Assembly (NCBI GenBank): GCA_046331705.1
Contig: JAXLQJ010000006.1
Coordinates: forward strand, 1-64,000
DNA length: 64,000 nucleotides
Direction of reading: 5' to 3'
Source of the DNA: a bacterium
GTDB taxonomy: Bacteria; JADJOY01
Below, piece by piece: positions 1 through 10,096 of the stretch (position 1 is the stretch's first letter; every line of letters starts with the position of its first letter). A program made the translations under genes and the position numbers. The notes beneath the pieces were generated by a model, which was not told the DNA's origin, searched no databases, and was given only the letters and a program-made list of their open reading frames with translations.

Positions 1-851
1 TCTGGATGTTGGGCTCGGTGACGCTGGGGCTGGTCGCAGCCGGTTGTGGCAGCGACGACAAGACGGTCTCCGGCCCGCAGCCGATCGAGATCCAATTCGA
101 GGCGCGTGTGGGCGATGAGCCGTTCGCCTGCGGCCAGCGCTACGAAGGTCTCGGCACGACGTCCTCGACCGGCGAGCCCATGGACGGTCGGTTCTACGTC
201 TCGGACATCCATTTCGTGAACGACGACGAGAGCGAGCGCTTCGTGACGCTCGAGCAGGATGGCGAGTGGCAGCTCGACGACGTGGCCCTTCTCGACTTCG
301 AGGACGGCACCGGACGCTGCGCCGCCGAGGGCACCGCGGCGACCAACACGTCGATCCGAGGCACGGTCGAGTCCGGCCACGCGGCGCGGATCCACTTCAC
401 CGTGGGCGTGCCGTTCGCGCTCAACCACGGCGACGCCACCACCGCCCCCGCACCGCTCGACGAGACACCGCTCTTCTGGAGCTGGAACTTCGGCTACAAG
501 TTCATCAAGGTCGAGCTCGCGACCACCGGCCAGCCGGACGGCTTCTTCCTCCACTTGGGCAGCACCGGCTGCGAGGGCGACGGCGCGGGCAACGTGAGCG
601 CGTGCAGCGAGCCGAACCGCGTCGACGCGGAGATCCCGCTCGCCAACGGCTTCGATCCAGCGCGGAACGTCGTGGTCCTCGACGTCGCCAAGCTCTTGTC
701 GGACAGCGACGTCGACGTGAACACGCCGGAGACGGCGCCGGGCTGCATGTCGTTCCCGGGCGACCCGGAGTGCCCGCCCATCTTCGCTCACCTCGGCTTG
801 CCGTTCGGCGATCAGCCGGGTGGCGAGCAGGACGTGTTCTCGGTGGAATGA
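1..851 (+). CDS. mbnP: MbnP-family copper-binding lipoprotein (four-Cys 'metallo-mystery pair' protein), 5' end just outside the window
   Basis: Lipobox LVAAGC; motifs DGRFYVS, LLDFEDG, FWSWNFGYKF (WxW), HLGSTGC, GCMS..DPEC. The inverted copy at 28817 shows the true N-terminus MTNAFRGRFWMLG. Directly upstream of a di-heme enzyme. Confidence 0.9.
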   Translation, partial: WMLGSVTLGLVAAGCGSDDKTVSGPQPIEIQFEARVGDEPFACGQRYEGLGTTSSTGEPMDGRFYVSDIHFVNDDESERFVTLEQDGEWQLDDVALLDFEDGTGRCAAEGTAATNTSIRGTVESGHAARIHFTVGVPFALNHGDATTAPAPLDETPLFWSWNFGYKFIKVELATTGQPDGFFLHLGSTGCEGDGAGNVSACSEPNRVDAEIPLANGFDPARNVVVLDVAKLLSDSDVDVNTPETAPGCMSFPGDPECPPIFAHLGLPFGDQPGGEQDVFSVE

Positions 852-2014
852 CGAGGCCAGTAATGCGCGGGATCGGACGAGTGCTCCTGCCGGCCGCGCT
901 GCTTTGCGCCGGGGTGGCGTGTGGAAACGCCACCTCGTCGCACCCCTCCACCACATCCTACGACTGGCAGCTTCCGCCCGGGTTCCCGACCCCCGTCGTC
1001 CCGGACGACAACCCGATGACCGATGCCAAGGTGGAGCTCGGGCGGAGGCTCTTCTTCGACACGCGCCTGTCGCGGAACGGCACGCAGTCTTGCGGTTCCT
1101 GCCACAAGCAGGAGCTGGCGTTCACCGATGGGCTCACCACCTCGGTGGGCTCGACCGGCGAGACGCATCCGCGCAACTCTCCGTCGATCGCCAACGCCGC
1201 CTATCGGCCGGCGCTCACCTGGGCGAACCCGCTGCTCACGACCTTCGAGCACCAGGCGCTGGTGCCGATGTTCGGCGAGCGTCCGGTGGAGCTCGGGTTC
1301 GTGGGCGGCGAGGACGAGCTGGTCGCGCGGCTCGAGAACGACGCGGACACCTTGGCCCGCTTCCAGGCCGCCTTTCCCGATCACGCCGACGAGCCCGTGA
1401 GCATCGCCACCCTCACCCGCGCGCTCGGCGCGTTCCAGCGCACCGTCGTCACGGGACGTTCGCCCTACGACCGCGCGGTCTACGGTGGCGAGCCCGCGGC
1501 ACTCTCGGATTCGGCTCGGCGTGGCATGGATCTCTTCTTCGCCGGTCGCCTCGAATGCGACCACTGCCACGGCGGCCTCGACTTCTCGGGCGCCATCCAT
1601 CGCGAAGGCAAGACCGACGATCCGCCCAAGTTCGAGAACAACGGGCTCTACAACCTCGACGGTCACGGCGCGTACCCGCCGGACAATCCCGGGATCTACG
1701 CGGTCACCACCGACCCCGCCGACATGGGCCGCTTTCGTCCGCCCAGCCTGCGCAACGTGGCCGTCACCGCGCCCTACATGCACGACGGCTCGATCGCCAC
1801 GCTGGCCGAGGTCGTCGACCACTACGCCCGCGGCGGGCGGCTCATCACCTCCGGGCCGCTCGCGGGCGATGGCGCGCGCAGCCCGCTCAAGAGCCCACTG
1901 GTGAGCGGCTTCTCGCTGGCGCCGAGCGAGAAGGCGGACTTGATCGCTTTCCTCGAATCCCTCACCGACCCCGAGCTCGTCAGCGATCCACGTTTCGCCG
2001 CTCCGCCGCCCTGA
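848..2014 (+). CDS. mbnH: MbnH-family di-heme enzyme (cytochrome c peroxidase/MauG superfamily)
   Basis: ATG at 848 overlaps the mbnP stop; lipobox AGVAC; heme motifs CGSCH and [42 protein letters not shown]. Confidence 0.9.
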   Translation: MTRPVMRGIGRVLLPAALLCAGVACGNATSSHPSTTSYDWQLPPGFPTPVVPDDNPMTDAKVELGRRLFFDTRLSRNGTQSCGSCHKQELAFTDGLTTSVGSTGETHPRNSPSIANAAYRPALTWANPLLTTFEHQALVPMFGERPVELGFVGGEDELVARLENDADTLARFQAAFPDHADEPVSIATLTRALGAFQRTVVTGRSPYDRAVYGGEPAALSDSARRGMDLFFAGRLECDHCHGGLDFSGAIHREGKTDDPPKFENNGLYNLDGHGAYPPDNPGIYAVTTDPADMGRFRPPSLRNVAVTAPYMHDGSIATLAEVVDHYARGGRLITSGPLAGDGARSPLKSPLVSGFSLAPSEKADLIAFLESLTDPELVSDPRFAAPPP

Positions 2015-2026
2015 CGCGGGCGTCGA

Positions 2027-2479
2027 TCACGAGAGCGCGCGCAGCTCGTCGTCGAGCCTCGCCGCGAGCGGGTCCGCGCTCGGCGAAGAGGGCGACTCCT
2101 CGTTCGCGCGTCGCACCGGCTGCAGCGCGAGGCGGCGGATGACCGCGAAGGCGACGACGAGGCCGCCGAGCGTGACGAGCGCGGGAATGGCCCAGCCCCA
2201 GCTGCTGCGCGGCCGCCCGCGCACCTCGTCGCCGAGCTCGGCGGTGACGCGGGCCGTCACCTCGCTCGCCGTCATGCCGCTCGCGAGCGACTCCCGAATC
2301 TCCTGACGCACCTCGCGCGCGTACGGGCTGGGGCAATCGGCGAGGGTGCGGCCCGGGCAAAACGGGCTCATCAGATCGTGGGCGACACGATACGCCTCGC
2401 GATCCACGTCCGTACCAGGCGCGGACGCGCCCAGCGAGAACGCCGCGAGGCAGATCACGAACGCCACCGTCGAACGCAT
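2027..2479 (-). CDS. ccmH: CcmH/NrfF-like cytochrome c biogenesis protein
   Basis: Signal peptide, LMSPFCPGRTLADCPS, EVRQEIRESLASGM, then WGWAIP and a C-terminal TM helix. The start could be 2491. Confidence 0.7.
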   Translation of the reverse strand: MRSTVAFVICLAAFSLGASAPGTDVDREAYRVAHDLMSPFCPGRTLADCPSPYAREVRQEIRESLASGMTASEVTARVTAELGDEVRGRPRSSWGWAIPALVTLGGLVVAFAVIRRLALQPVRRANEESPSSPSADPLAARLDDELRALS

Positions 2480-2529
2480 GCCGCCCTTCATGACGAGGAC
2501 AACATCGCCACGCCGCGCGTCGCCGTCCA

Positions 2530-2565
2530 TGCGTCAAATCGTCGCGCGATGCGACCTCGTGACGC
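2530..2565. promoter_or_regulatory. Tandem imperfect RegA-type boxes in the ccmH / lipoprotein divergent region
   Basis: TGCGTC-AAATC-GTCGC (2530-2545) and TGCGAC-CTCGT-GACGC (2550-2565), each with one mismatch to GCGAC-N5-GTCGC. Confidence 0.5.
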
Positions 2566-2644
2566 GCTCCAGCGCAGCGCACAGCATGCGACAGTCGCGT
2601 GCCCCAGCCCGACCCGCAGCGCGATCCGAGGAGACCCTGCAACC

Positions 2645-2983
2645 ATGAGCCGACGCACGCTTCCGCCCATCGCCGCCATCGCGATGCTTCTCGCCTGTGG
2701 CTGCGCCAAGTCGGTGGCCCCAGCCGCACTCGAGCTCGGGGGCGTTGGCATTCGACTCGCCGACTACCTGCCCCTCGACGCCGACGGACGGATGACCGAA
2801 GGCGCCGAGGTGGCGTTCGAGACACCGGACGACTGGCTGTGCGTGGACAGCGCTGGCTGTTCCTCGTGCGCGAACCTGGGAGAGCATCCCACCACGCTGC
2901 GCGTCCACTTGCCGGAGGGACGCGCTCCGGACCGGCGGATCGAGGTCCCCGCGCGCGCCGTGCTCCAGATCTGCGGCGGCTGA
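2645..2983 (+). CDS. Small Cys-containing putative lipoprotein
   Basis: MSRRTLPPIAAIAMLLACGC lipoprotein-type signal; CVDSAGCSSC motif; high-GC codon pattern. Confidence 0.6.
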   Translation: MSRRTLPPIAAIAMLLACGCAKSVAPAALELGGVGIRLADYLPLDADGRMTEGAEVAFETPDDWLCVDSAGCSSCANLGEHPTTLRVHLPEGRAPDRRIEVPARAVLQICGG

Positions 2984-3042
2984 TCGGCGGCGCGATCCGC
3001 GACAGCGGCGTCGGCCATCCCGGCTCGCGCGGCGCGCGGCCT

Positions 3043-3654
3043 TCACCAGGCCGAGAACCAGCCGATCTTGACCGACGCGTTCGCCACGACGGCGGGCGGC
3101 TCGTATTCGAAGCCTGCGCCCTCGATGGTCTCGGGGTTCAGCGTCGCGTGCACGCCGAGCCACGGATCGACGTAGAAGTCACCCGCGAAGCGCCAGATGT
3201 AACCACCGCCGATCGTGCCGATGATGCTCGTCCAAGCGAGCTCGTCGCGCGAGCCTTCGTGCCGCACCGTGCGCTCCCACACCTCGAAGCCGCCACTCAG
3301 CCACCACCCGTCGAATCGCTCGCCGAAGGTGTAGTCGACCACCGCGGCGAGCACGGTGGACGTCGGGTCCTCGAAGTCGTCGTCGAAGGCGAACGCATCG
3401 GGCGGCTCCAGATGGGCGCCGATCAGCCGCAATCGCAGGTGATCGATGCCGATCCAGATCTGCGGCGCGTATCCGAGCTTGCCATTCGCGGCGCTGACGA
3501 TCGTCGGAAAGAGATCGAGCTGCACCCCCACCGCGAGGGGTCGTCCGACGGAGCCCGAGCCCGATTCTTCCGCCCACGCCGCGGTGGCTGGCGCCGCGAG
3601 CGCCACGGCGCAGACCATCGCACGAACGAGCCGAGCGCCGCCGCTTCGTCGCAT
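3043..3654 (-). CDS. Secreted, probably small outer-membrane beta-barrel protein
   Basis: Signal peptide ending AAWA; alternating aromatic beta-strand pattern; C-terminus VKIGWFSAW; sigma54 promoter upstream. Confidence 0.65.
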   Translation of the reverse strand: MRRSGGARLVRAMVCAVALAAPATAAWAEESGSGSVGRPLAVGVQLDLFPTIVSAANGKLGYAPQIWIGIDHLRLRLIGAHLEPPDAFAFDDDFEDPTSTVLAAVVDYTFGERFDGWWLSGGFEVWERTVRHEGSRDELAWTSIIGTIGGGYIWRFAGDFYVDPWLGVHATLNPETIEGAGFEYEPPAVVANASVKIGWFSAW

Positions 3655-3748
3655 GTTTTTCCCCTCGATCTCACGAGCACGCCCAGCCGAGGCGGGGGCT
3701 TCCGCGCACACGCATCGGAACACCCGTCGCCGGATCGTGCGCTGCGAG

Positions 3749-3764
3749 AGCAAGCGCCGTGCCT
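3749..3764 (-). promoter_or_regulatory. sigma54 -24/-12 promoter for the 3043-3654 gene
   Basis: Minus strand AGGCACG-GCGC-TTGCT matches TGGCACG-N4-TTGCW with exact spacing. Confidence 0.7.
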
Positions 3765-3776
3765 GCCGTCGAGGGA

Positions 3777-5423
3777 CTACGTATCCAGGCCGTATCTGCG
3801 CAGCCGCACGTAGAGCTGGGTGCGTGTGAGCCCCAGCGCGCGGGCGGCCTTCGACTTGTTGAAGCGCGCCTCGGCAAGCGCGCGTTCGATCGCCGCGCGC
3901 TCGAGGGCCGCGAGCGCCATCGGCGTGGCGGAAGCACTCGCGTCTCGCTCGCTGCCGCTCCCGTTGCCTGGCGATGGTGCCGAGCTTCCCACCCGAGCCG
4001 GCAGCGACAGCTGCTCGCGCGTGATGATCCCGTCTTCGCAGACGATGGCGGCGCGCTCCAGCACGTTCCGCAGCTGCCTCACGTTTCCCGGCCAGTCGTG
4101 CCCGAGCAGAAGCGGACGCGCGTCCCAGGAGAGCCGAGCCGGCGCGCGGCCGAGCGATCGGGCGATGTCGTGGAGGAACGCGTCGCTGAGCGGCAGGATG
4201 TCCTCGGCTCGATCGCGTAACGGCGGCAGCGCGATCTCGAAGACGTTCAGCCGGTAGTAGAGGTCCTCGCGGAAGCCTCCGCGCGCGATCGCCGTCGAGA
4301 GATCCCGGTTCGTGGCCGCGATGATGCGTACGTTGGACTTGATCGTGCGGGTCCCACCGAGACGCTGGAACTCACGCTCCTGCAGCACGCGCAAGAACTT
4401 CGCTTGCGCCGTCGGACTCATCTCGCTCACCTCGTCGAGGAAGAGCACGCCGGATTCCGCCAGCTCGATCTGACCGGGCTTCGCGGCCACGGCTCCGGTG
4501 AACGCACCACGCTCGTGCCCGAAGAGCTCCGACTCGAGGAGCTGCTCGGGAAGCGCGGCACAGTTCACCGCCACGAAGGGTGCCTGCCCGCGAGCGGAAA
4601 CCCGGTGGATGAGCCGTGCCAACACTTCCTTTCCGGTCCCGGACTCGCCGAGCAACAAGACGGTGGTATCGGTGACGGCGACCTGGGCGGCCTGCTTCAG
4701 CGCGTGCCTCCACGCCGGGGATTCGCCGACGATTCGTCCGTGCCCGGCGAGCGCATCGACCTCCGCCGTCAGCGCGCGTACCCGCCGATCGAGCGCCGCC
4801 GCGCGCTCGCGCGCCGCGGCGGCCCGCTCCGCCTCCTCGGCCAACCGCTGATGCGACAACGCCAGCGCCACGTGATCCGCGATGCGGCGCGCCACCAGCA
4901 CGTCGACGTCCCGGTACACGTCGGTCCGCAGCGAGAAGAAGTCCAGCGCCCCCGCGTGCTCGCCGCGCAGGCGCAGCGGAACCATCAACCGAGCCCGGTA
5001 TCCGCTCTGGCCCGGCGGCAAGCTCCGCTCCGAGGGCTCGGCCTGCATGTCCGCCACCACGTGACTCTCCCACGAGGTGGAGCGAGCGAGCACCTTCTGC
5101 TCCTCGGTGAGCGCGATCACCGTGGCGGGAAACGTCCCCTCGCCGCCGGTGATCGCGTGCACCGTGACGTGCTCCCGATCGTCGGCGAGCAACGTCATGA
5201 GCAGCATGTCGTGAGCGATCACCCTTCGCGCGAGGGTGGACAACCGCTCGAACACCTGCCGCACGTCGAGCACGCCGGCCAACGTCGGCAACAGCTCGTC
5301 GAGCGCCAGCAGACGCCCGAGCAGCTCCGTGTCGGAGGAATCCGGCTTCGAGATCACGCGTCGGCGATTCTTGCCGCGACGCGCCCGGTGCCTCAAGTGG
5401 AGCGACGGCGACGAGCTGCGCAC
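3777..5423 (-). CDS. GAF-domain sigma54-dependent transcriptional activator (GAF-AAA+-Fis HTH)
   Basis: [58 protein letters not shown]. The real start may lie ~70 nt further in (VISKP). Confidence 0.92.
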   Translation of the reverse strand: MRSSSPSLHLRHRARRGKNRRRVISKPDSSDTELLGRLLALDELLPTLAGVLDVRQVFERLSTLARRVIAHDMLLMTLLADDREHVTVHAITGGEGTFPATVIALTEEQKVLARSTSWESHVVADMQAEPSERSLPPGQSGYRARLMVPLRLRGEHAGALDFFSLRTDVYRDVDVLVARRIADHVALALSHQRLAEEAERAAAARERAAALDRRVRALTAEVDALAGHGRIVGESPAWRHALKQAAQVAVTDTTVLLLGESGTGKEVLARLIHRVSARGQAPFVAVNCAALPEQLLESELFGHERGAFTGAVAAKPGQIELAESGVLFLDEVSEMSPTAQAKFLRVLQEREFQRLGGTRTIKSNVRIIAATNRDLSTAIARGGFREDLYYRLNVFEIALPPLRDRAEDILPLSDAFLHDIARSLGRAPARLSWDARPLLLGHDWPGNVRQLRNVLERAAIVCEDGIITREQLSLPARVGSSAPSPGNGSGSERDASASATPMALAALERAAIERALAEARFNKSKAARALGLTRTQLYVRLRRYGLDT

Positions 5424-5436
5424 GAGTGATCATCGC

Positions 5437-5451
5437 TGCGCAAGTTGCGCA
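5437..5451. promoter_or_regulatory. Palindrome, candidate upstream activator site
   Basis: TGCGCAAGTTGCGCA, ~110 bp upstream of the sigma54 promoter at 5561. Confidence 0.4.
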
Positions 5452-5560
5452 TCCGTGCACAGTCGCCGCGCACCCGGAGCGCACGACGACTCCACCCGGA
5501 TCGCCGCGCGAATCCGCGCGCCGCGCGTCGATTGGATCGAGCGCCGGCCGGCTCGGCGCC

Positions 5561-5576
5561 TGGCCCGCGAGTTGCT
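5561..5576 (+). promoter_or_regulatory. sigma54 -24/-12 promoter for the FAD monooxygenase
   Basis: TGGCCCG-CGAG-TTGCT, ~70 bp upstream of ATG 5646 and divergent from the activator gene. Confidence 0.7.
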
Positions 5577-5645
5577 CCTCGGGACGCGACATCGCCGCCT
5601 CGTGCGCGTAGCGCAGGCGAGAGCGGCCACCGGGAGACGAGAGAC

Positions 5646-6878
5646 ATGGAGACCGTTCGATCGAACCGCGAGCTACCTGGCGAAACCGACGTGCTGATCG
5701 TGGGGTCCGGACCCACCGGGCTCACGCTCGGTTGCGTCCTCGCCGCGCGGGGCATCCCGTTCGTGCTCATCGATCGCATCGCCGAGGGCGCCAACACCTC
5801 ACGCGCGGCCGTGGTGCACGCCCGCACGCTGGAGGTCCTCGAGCAACTGGGGGTGACGGACGGGCTGTGCGCGCGCGGCCACGTCGTGCCGCGCTTCACC
5901 CTTCGCGACCGCGACCGGGCGCTGGCCTCGATCCGCTTCGATCGCTTGCCCACTTCCTATCCGTACACGTTGATGATTCCCCAGCAGGTCACCGAGTCGA
6001 TTCTCCTCGCTCGCTTGCGCGAGCTGGGTGGGGACGTGATTCGACCCTGTGCGGTGAGCGGCGTGCTGCAGGACACCCACGGCGTCTCGGTGACGGTGGC
6101 GCTCGGCGAGCAACCGATCCAATCGATCCGTGCTCGTTACCTGGTCGGTGCCGACGGTATGCACAGCACCGTGCGCGAGCAGGCCGGCATCGGCTTCACC
6201 GGCGGCAGCTACGAGCAGTCCTTCGTGCTCGCCGACGTGCGCATGCGCTGGTCGCTCGACGCCTCCGAGGTGATGCTCTTCTTCTCCCCCGAGGGGCTGG
6301 TCGTCGTCGCCCCGCTGCCCGGCGGGCACCATCGCATCGTGGCGACGATGGACGAAGCGCCGCCTCAGCTCGCCATCGAGGACGTGCAGCGACTGCTCGA
6401 CACGCGCGGGCCGGTCTCCGAGCCGGCGCGGGTGGATGCGATCGTGTGGAGCTCTCGTTTTCGCCTCCACCACCGCCTGGCCGATCGCTACCGGGCCGGC
6501 CGCGTGCTGCTCGCCGGCGATGCGGCGCACACGCACAGCCCCGCCGGCGGACAGGGGATGAACACGGGCATCCAGGATGCCGTCGCGCTGGGTCACGCGT
6601 TGACCGCCGCGCTCGTCGAGGGGGCGGGCGACGGTCCGCTCGACGACTACGAACGCATTCGCCGGCCGGTGGCGGAGCGCGTGGTGGCGTTCACGGACCG
6701 GATGACCCGCGTCGCGACGATGCGCTCGCGGCGGGGTCGGCGGATACGCAACGCCATCCTGTCCACGATCGGCCAGATTCCCGCCGCGCCACAGCGGCTC
6801 GCTTACGAGCTGGCGGGGTTGCGAAACCGCGCCGGCGATCGGCCCGCCGCCGGCGCATCCAGGCCGATGATCGCGTAG
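5646..6878 (+). CDS. FAD-dependent monooxygenase (FAD_binding_3, aromatic hydroxylase-like)
   Basis: [49 protein letters not shown]. Confidence 0.92.
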   Translation: METVRSNRELPGETDVLIVGSGPTGLTLGCVLAARGIPFVLIDRIAEGANTSRAAVVHARTLEVLEQLGVTDGLCARGHVVPRFTLRDRDRALASIRFDRLPTSYPYTLMIPQQVTESILLARLRELGGDVIRPCAVSGVLQDTHGVSVTVALGEQPIQSIRARYLVGADGMHSTVREQAGIGFTGGSYEQSFVLADVRMRWSLDASEVMLFFSPEGLVVVAPLPGGHHRIVATMDEAPPQLAIEDVQRLLDTRGPVSEPARVDAIVWSSRFRLHHRLADRYRAGRVLLAGDAAHTHSPAGGQGMNTGIQDAVALGHALTAALVEGAGDGPLDDYERIRRPVAERVVAFTDRMTRVATMRSRRGRRIRNAILSTIGQIPAAPQRLAYELAGLRNRAGDRPAAGASRPMIA

Positions 6879-8383
6879 AGCAGGCGCACGTCGAGGGCGC
6901 TGCGCAGCTCGTCGGCCAACCGGTCGTAGACGTCGAGCGCGGGCGCCGATCCGGGTGCAGCGAGCCCCTTCCGGCGCGCCAGCTCCCGAAGCAAGCCGGC
7001 GCGGACGGCGTCGTTCTCGAGCAGTCCGTGCACCAACGTGCCGATGACGACGCCATCGCCGCTGATCGCTCCGTCGAGGGACCCGAGCGCCGAGCCGTTT
7101 CGCGTCTCCACCTCGAACGGCTGGCCCACCGTGCCGATCGGTTCCACCACTCCCATGTGAATCTCGTAACCGTCGATCGGATCCGTCGCGAGCCGGTCGA
7201 CGTCGGGTGTGAGCCAGCTCGCCACACGCGCGCGCACCCGAACCTGCGCGGTGATCTTGTCGCGCGCGAACGAGGTGCGGACCGGCAGCAGCCCGAGCCC
7301 GCGCATGTGCGGGTGATCCGATTCGATCCCCTCCGGATCCACGATCTCGTGCCCGAGCATCTGGAAACCGCCACAGATGCCGAGAATGGGCGCGCCGAGC
7401 GCCGCCCGCGCACGCAGCCGCGCCGCGAGCCCGCGGCTCTCGAGCCAACGCAGATCGGCCACCGTGCCCTTGGATCCAGGCAGCACCACCAGGTCGGCGC
7501 CCTCGAGCTCCGCCGCGCTCTCGACGTAGCGGACCGTCACCCCGGGTTCGCGCTCGAGCGGGCCGAGCTCGTCGAAGTTCGAGATCCGCGGCGTGCGGAT
7601 CACGACCACGTCGAGCTCATCGCGTCCTGCCCGCCGTCCGTTCCGCCGTTCCTCGAGCGCCACGGCGTCCTCGTCGGCCAGCCCCAGGTTCCGGACGTGT
7701 GGGACGACTCCGAGGACTGGCACTCCCGTGCGCTCCTTCAGCATGCGCAAGCCGGGCTCGAGTCGTGCGACCTCGCCGCGGAACTTGTTGATCACGAACC
7801 CGCGCACGCGCGCCCGCTCGTCGGCGTCGAGCAGCGCCAGCGTTCCGACGAATGCCGCGAACACGCCTCCTCGGTCGATGTCGCCCACCAGCAGCACGGG
7901 CGCGTCGGCGACGCGCGCCACGTGCATGTTCGCGAGGTCCCGATCCTTGAGATTGATCTCCGCCGGGCTGCCCGCGCCCTCGATCACGACCACCTCGTGG
8001 CGCTCGCGAAGCGTTCGCAACGAAGCGGCGATCACGGGCGCGAGCGTCGGGCGCAGGTCGTCGTAGCCACCACCACCGAGGCGCCCCACCGCTCGACCGC
8101 TCACCACGAGCTGGCATCGCCCCTCGCCCTCGGGCTTGAGCAGGATCGGATTCATCTCCACCGCTGGAGGCAATCCCGCGGCTGCGGCCTGAACGGCCTG
8201 CGACCGACCGATCTCGAGACCATCGGCGGTCACCGCCGCGTTGAGCGCCATGTTCTGGCTCTTGAACGGCGCCACCGACCAGCCGTCCTGACGCAGCAAT
8301 CGGCACAGCCCCGCGACCACGGTGCTCTTTCCCACCGCGGACGCGGTGCCTTGGACCATGATCGTCCGCGCCAGCGGCTTCAT
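6803..8383 (-). CDS. cobQ: Cobyric acid synthase
   Basis: MVQGTASAVGKS, PFKSQNMALN, MNPILLKP, IEGAGSPAEINL, DIDRGGVFA, GICGGFQMLG. Confidence 0.93.
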   Translation of the reverse strand: MKPLARTIMVQGTASAVGKSTVVAGLCRLLRQDGWSVAPFKSQNMALNAAVTADGLEIGRSQAVQAAAAGLPPAVEMNPILLKPEGEGRCQLVVSGRAVGRLGGGGYDDLRPTLAPVIAASLRTLRERHEVVVIEGAGSPAEINLKDRDLANMHVARVADAPVLLVGDIDRGGVFAAFVGTLALLDADERARVRGFVINKFRGEVARLEPGLRMLKERTGVPVLGVVPHVRNLGLADEDAVALEERRNGRRAGRDELDVVVIRTPRISNFDELGPLEREPGVTVRYVESAAELEGADLVVLPGSKGTVADLRWLESRGLAARLRARAALGAPILGICGGFQMLGHEIVDPEGIESDHPHMRGLGLLPVRTSFARDKITAQVRVRARVASWLTPDVDRLATDPIDGYEIHMGVVEPIGTVGQPFEVETRNGSALGSLDGAISGDGVVIGTLVHGLLENDAVRAGLLRELARRKGLAAPGSAPALDVYDRLADELRSALDVRLLYAIIGLDAPAAGRSPARFRNPASS

Positions 8384-9792
8384 CGCCGCTCCGCGACGGC
8401 GCGCCACGAACGGCAACTCGCCACCCAATGCTCGGGGATGGTCGGGTTCGACGCCCAGTGGGCGTGGACGTAGGACGCGAGCACTCGCTTCACGCAGACC
8501 CCCGTCGTCTCGATCGCGCCGCCGCGACGCCGCTTCACCGCGTACGCCGGGCGCGCCACGCCGCTGCTGGCCGCGCGCTCGTCGATCGCGAGCACCGAGT
8601 GGCGGAACTCGTGACCGCGAAACGCGCTGCCGCGCGGTCCGAGAAGGGAGTCCTCGAGCGTCTCGACCTCGACGTAGCCCAGCGCTTGAAGTCGCTCGTG
8701 CATGACCGCCACGCCTGGGACGAGGCCCAGCATCGAATGGGTCTGGCCGTCCAGGGTTCGGATGGCCTGGCTCAGGTACATGAGCCCGCCGCACTCTCCG
8801 TAGATCGCGCCATCGGCCGCCGCGAACGCGCGCAGCGAATCCAGCATCGAGTGGTTGGCGGCGAGCGCCTCCGCGTGAAGCTCGGGATAGCCCCCACCGA
8901 GGTAGACGCCGTCCACCTGCGGCAGCACGGCCGAATGGAGCGGGGAGAACATCACCAGCTCGGCCCCCGCCGCCTGGAGACGAGCGAGGTTGTCGTCGTA
9001 GTAGAAGTGGAACGCCTCGTCGCTCGCGATGGCGATGCGAATCAGGCTCTCCCGGCCCAGCGCCGGCGGTGGCGCTGCTGCGGTGGCGACGAGCTCGGGA
9101 GCGGAACGCGCGACGGCCAGGATCGCGTCGAGATCCAGCCAGTCGGCGGCCACGCGCCCCCAATCGTCGACGGCGCGGGTCGGTACCGTCTCGGTGTCGG
9201 CGCGCCGCAGACCGAGATGGCGCTCGGGAAAGGACAGCTCGGGCAACCGGGGTAACCCGCCGAGCACGGGCGGTGATGGGCACGACTCGCGCAGCAGCTT
9301 CAGATGCCCGTTGCTCCCGACGCCCATTCCGAGCACTCCCGCGACACGAAGGGCGCCGTCAAACGCCGCCAGGCCCCGCGCCACCGCCGCGACGGTGCGC
9401 GCCATCCCCGACACGTCGATGCACACCAGCACTGGCGCCGCGAGCCATTTGGCGATCTCGGCCGTCGAGCCCTCGTCGCTCGTCGGCGATGCACCATCGA
9501 AGAGCCCCATCACCCCTTCGACGAGCGCCACGTCCGCGTCCCGGCTGGCTCGCTCGAACGTCGCCAGCACGGCCTCACGACCCATCATCCAACCGTCGAG
9601 GTTCGGGCTCGCTCCGCCGATGACACGGGCGTGGTAGGTGGGATCGAGGTAGTCGGGGCCGCACTTGAACGTCGCCACCCGCAGCCCGCGTGCGCGCAGC
9701 GCGGCGGCGAGCGCAACCACCGTGGTGGTCTTCCCCACGCCGCTCGCCGCACCGGCGATCACCAACCGCGGCACGCGGATCGCGCTCGTCAT
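8380..9792 (-). CDS. cobB: Cobyrinate a,c-diamide synthase (CobB/CbiA)
   Basis: SGVGKTT, FKCGPDYLDP, EGVMGLFDG, PERHLGL, AFHFYY, GGGYPELHA, GECGGLMYL; its stop overlaps the cobQ start. Confidence 0.93.
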   Translation of the reverse strand: MTSAIRVPRLVIAGAASGVGKTTTVVALAAALRARGLRVATFKCGPDYLDPTYHARVIGGASPNLDGWMMGREAVLATFERASRDADVALVEGVMGLFDGASPTSDEGSTAEIAKWLAAPVLVCIDVSGMARTVAAVARGLAAFDGALRVAGVLGMGVGSNGHLKLLRESCPSPPVLGGLPRLPELSFPERHLGLRRADTETVPTRAVDDWGRVAADWLDLDAILAVARSAPELVATAAAPPPALGRESLIRIAIASDEAFHFYYDDNLARLQAAGAELVMFSPLHSAVLPQVDGVYLGGGYPELHAEALAANHSMLDSLRAFAAADGAIYGECGGLMYLSQAIRTLDGQTHSMLGLVPGVAVMHERLQALGYVEVETLEDSLLGPRGSAFRGHEFRHSVLAIDERAASSGVARPAYAVKRRRGGAIETTGVCVKRVLASYVHAHWASNPTIPEHWVASCRSWRAVAERR

Positions 9793-10080
9793 GGCCGCCG
9801 TCCCAGTGATCTCGGCGGCAGACCGGTGGCGAGGGAGCCGTCCAACGGCGGGTCGTGACGGATGTCGGATGGCCGCACGGCGCGCTCCCGGGGATGGCGA
9901 CGAGCCTCGGCCGAGGTGCGCGCGCCGACCAGGCGAGCTCGCGCGGAATCGCCGGACACCCAGCGTACCCGTGGTCGGATGGATCGCCACCAACGCGTTC
10001 CCCTCGCGGCTCGCCCCTCGCTCCCTCGGTCGGGGACACCGCGACCGTTCGAGCGGGAGCGTCGGGCGCCGCGACGGCAC

Positions 10081-10096
10081 TGCGACAAACGGTCGC
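10081..10096. promoter_or_regulatory. RegA/RegR-type palindrome upstream of regB (divergent from cobB)
   Basis: TGCGAC-AAACG-GTCGC, ~75 bp upstream of the regB ATG. Confidence 0.65.

Larger units (their letters stand above)
1..6495. repeat. Intact copy of the ~6.3-6.5 kb segment that is repeated in inverted orientation at ~22480-28792
   Basis: The reverse complement of positions 1-18 (ccgagcccaacatccaga) is at 28775-28792, and the same genes recur in reverse order down to ~22490. Confidence 0.95.

Noticed and set aside
9793-10080. Possible cobalamin riboswitch upstream of cobB
   Set aside because: The minus strand has a GGGGAA, but I could not find the GGTG..AATCC, CCCGC.ACTGT or B12-box (AGCCAG.AGACC) elements in order.
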